DNA from: Lingula anatina
Taxonomy: Eukaryota; Animalia; Brachiopoda
Length of the DNA stretch: 64,000 bases
NCBI GenBank assembly: GCA_051362555.1
Contig: CM120648.1
Span: forward strand, 11,466,587-11,530,586
Reading direction: 5' to 3'
The notes under the pieces were generated by a model. The model searched no databases, was not told the DNA's origin, and saw nothing but the letters and a program-made list of their open reading frames with translations. Shown here one piece after another: positions 62,601-64,000 of the stretch. Position 1 is the first letter of the stretch; every line of letters begins with the position of its first letter. The position numbers and the translations under genes are program-made.

Positions 62601-63251
62601 TATATACTAGCTTATTGATCATTCATGTTTCGTGATATGCCAGGTCCTTCAAGATTGCCTGCACTGGCATTGGGGTCCACCCTCCCCTGGACCTCTCTAA
62701 CCAGATCATACACTTCCGGGCCACTGCTCTAACTGATGTTTCCACGGCAACCATTCACGTGATCAACTCTCACACCAGCATGAACAAGTACACGCACCCA
62801 GTGCCTAGGATTGGAAAAGGTTAGCACTGGTTGCCATGGTTACTGTGGCAGTTTCCTTCTCTATTTTTTTCTTTCTTTCACATTTCCTTTATTTCAAGAA
62901 ACAGTTGTATTTTGAGCACCTTTTAACTTCAAAAGATCAAAAGTTTGCACAAAAAAAAGAATTAATAATATAATAAATAATAAAATTATAATTGAACACA
63001 AATTCTAGAATACCTTATAGAATACTAGTGGTAAAATTATTTATTTATTTGAATAGACAAATACAGTAAGTATCTCAACATTGATGTTCTAATCACATAC
63101 TATCTCTCTACATCCACAGTCAATGAGAACCCCTCCCTTTCCATTTCTAGGTGCCATTGCTCCAGTTGGTCCTACTTCCTTTGAGTTTGTTGTTCCTGAG
63201 GGAGCACCCCTTACTGTGTCCCCGGCTGTGGGAACTGTGGAACCTGGCAAA
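46969..63251 (+). CDS. CFAP74: Cilia- and flagella-associated protein 74 (coiled-coil N-terminus plus ASH/Ig-like domains); 3' part continues beyond the window
   Basis: Approximate exons: 46969-47134, 47575-47712, 48159-48257, 48745-48849, 49188-49361, 50128-50237, 50981-51083, 51539-51696, 52133-52359, 52855-52972, 53170-53417, 53657-53775, 54178-54244, 54540-54629, 54815-54938, 58307-58356, 58788-58887, 59159-59289, 59701-59920, 60268-60388, 60787-60914, 61213-61300, 61623-61796, 62186-62319, 62644-62819, 63151-63251. Recognised from KQVAAGREFKGCPFYSKPDVIHFKDFDVGKSYKKKVTLTNVSYTVNYCKL, FDPPGQMSAGLTCEMLVTFKPMINEDLEGEVNFLAQTGPFSIP, ELLPKTGYIQAQS, IDVQPNDGFGTLLPMET and APVGPTSFEF. Confidence 0.88.
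49107..49178. repeat. (ATT)n microsatellite abutting a CFAP74 splice acceptor
   Basis: Direct reading; the acceptor atcaccag at ~49187 follows immediately. Confidence 0.9.
53486..53558. repeat. Compound (TC)n(CA)n microsatellite
   Basis: Direct reading. Confidence 0.9.
55177..58142 (+). mobile_element. Second-family HINE/pearl-like element with ~161-bp internal tandem repeats in a CFAP74 intron
   Basis: 5' hairpin atgtacagacac-agat-gtgtctgtacat and (cgtcgtcgc)n microsatellite. Tandem units ccgataacacgataagtg...cgcaggtcaagttcgaaaatcagcatgatcggg at 55265, 55426, 55588, 56301 onwards. 3' subTIR tgtctgtacat followed by stem-loop cagc-ttt-gctg. Inserted in a T-rich site. Confidence 0.85.
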
Positions 63252-64000
63252 GTAAGTGGACTCATATACAGGAGCGGATTTAGGGCATCTTCTGGGTCTT
63301 CCGGAAGACGGTCAGATTTTCACATTTACACGGACGGGTATCTTATTTTACTCTGTCGGAAGACGGTCAGAAATGGAGGATGGATCAACAAAGATGATTT
63401 GGAAGACTGTCAGAAAATATTTCTGGATCCGCCCCTGCATATAAGTATGAGTATGATATACAGTGGGAAGGAAGGCAGTGTGTATATACAGGTAAACATG
63501 CCTGTATTGCATATATGCTGAAGAAATGCAGAAAAAAAAACAACAACGTAACTTATGTGAACTCTCATTGTGCAGTATGAGTGAATTATTTTTATGTATT
63601 ATACATGTTGTTTTTACCTTTGACATAAGGAAAATGAACTGTTTTATCTTGTCTACAGTAAATGATATTATTATTTTAAAAATAATAATAATAATGATAA
63701 TAATTATTATATGAAAATTATTATTATGAAGCAATGCCGCGTAGTGCTGAGCTTCTCTCCTAAGTTGAGGGAGAGTGAGATAGCTGACAAGATGGAGACG
63801 GTGAGACTAGAGTGAAACAGCAATACTTAATTTTTACTTAGGCTGTTTTGTATGGTGTTCATCTGACAGTTCATCTGTGTGTGTACACAAGACAATCTTT
63901 CAATCTTCTTATTTTATTCTGTTTTGATGATTTTTGATATCTTTTATTATGATTTAGTATTTCAGGCTTAAAGTGTCAACTGCCCTGTGAACTTTGATTA

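Overview
Eukaryotic, AT-rich, intron-rich animal DNA. The HINE/pearl-type repeats and gene content suggest a marine invertebrate, probably a lophotrochozoan (inference). I traced three protein-coding genes by hand through GT-AG junctions. (1) + strand 1573-19388: a 13-coding-exon gene of about 1897 aa with the architecture CARD - 13x42-aa TPR - ROC GTPase - COR - prodomain - bacterial/Nal1-type trypsin-fold serine protease with an intact His/Asp/Ser triad. It looks like a sensor, switch, adaptor and effector in one polypeptide, and is the best candidate for an undescribed system here. (2) - strand 44695-22710: DIS3L2, 23 coding exons, about 1311 aa, with a long disordered N-terminus. Several of its exon/intron junctions are tandemly duplicated, including a ~30-copy splice-donor minisatellite and in-frame triplication of the catalytic ARDLDDAL segment. 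(3) + strand from 46969: CFAP74, running off the window end, head-to-head with DIS3L2 across a compact bidirectional promoter. Introns hold Helentron-associated (HINE-like) elements with internal satellites, one of which encloses Gypsy RT/integrase relics, plus MITEs and microsatellites. All calls come from reading the sequence; no database searches were run.
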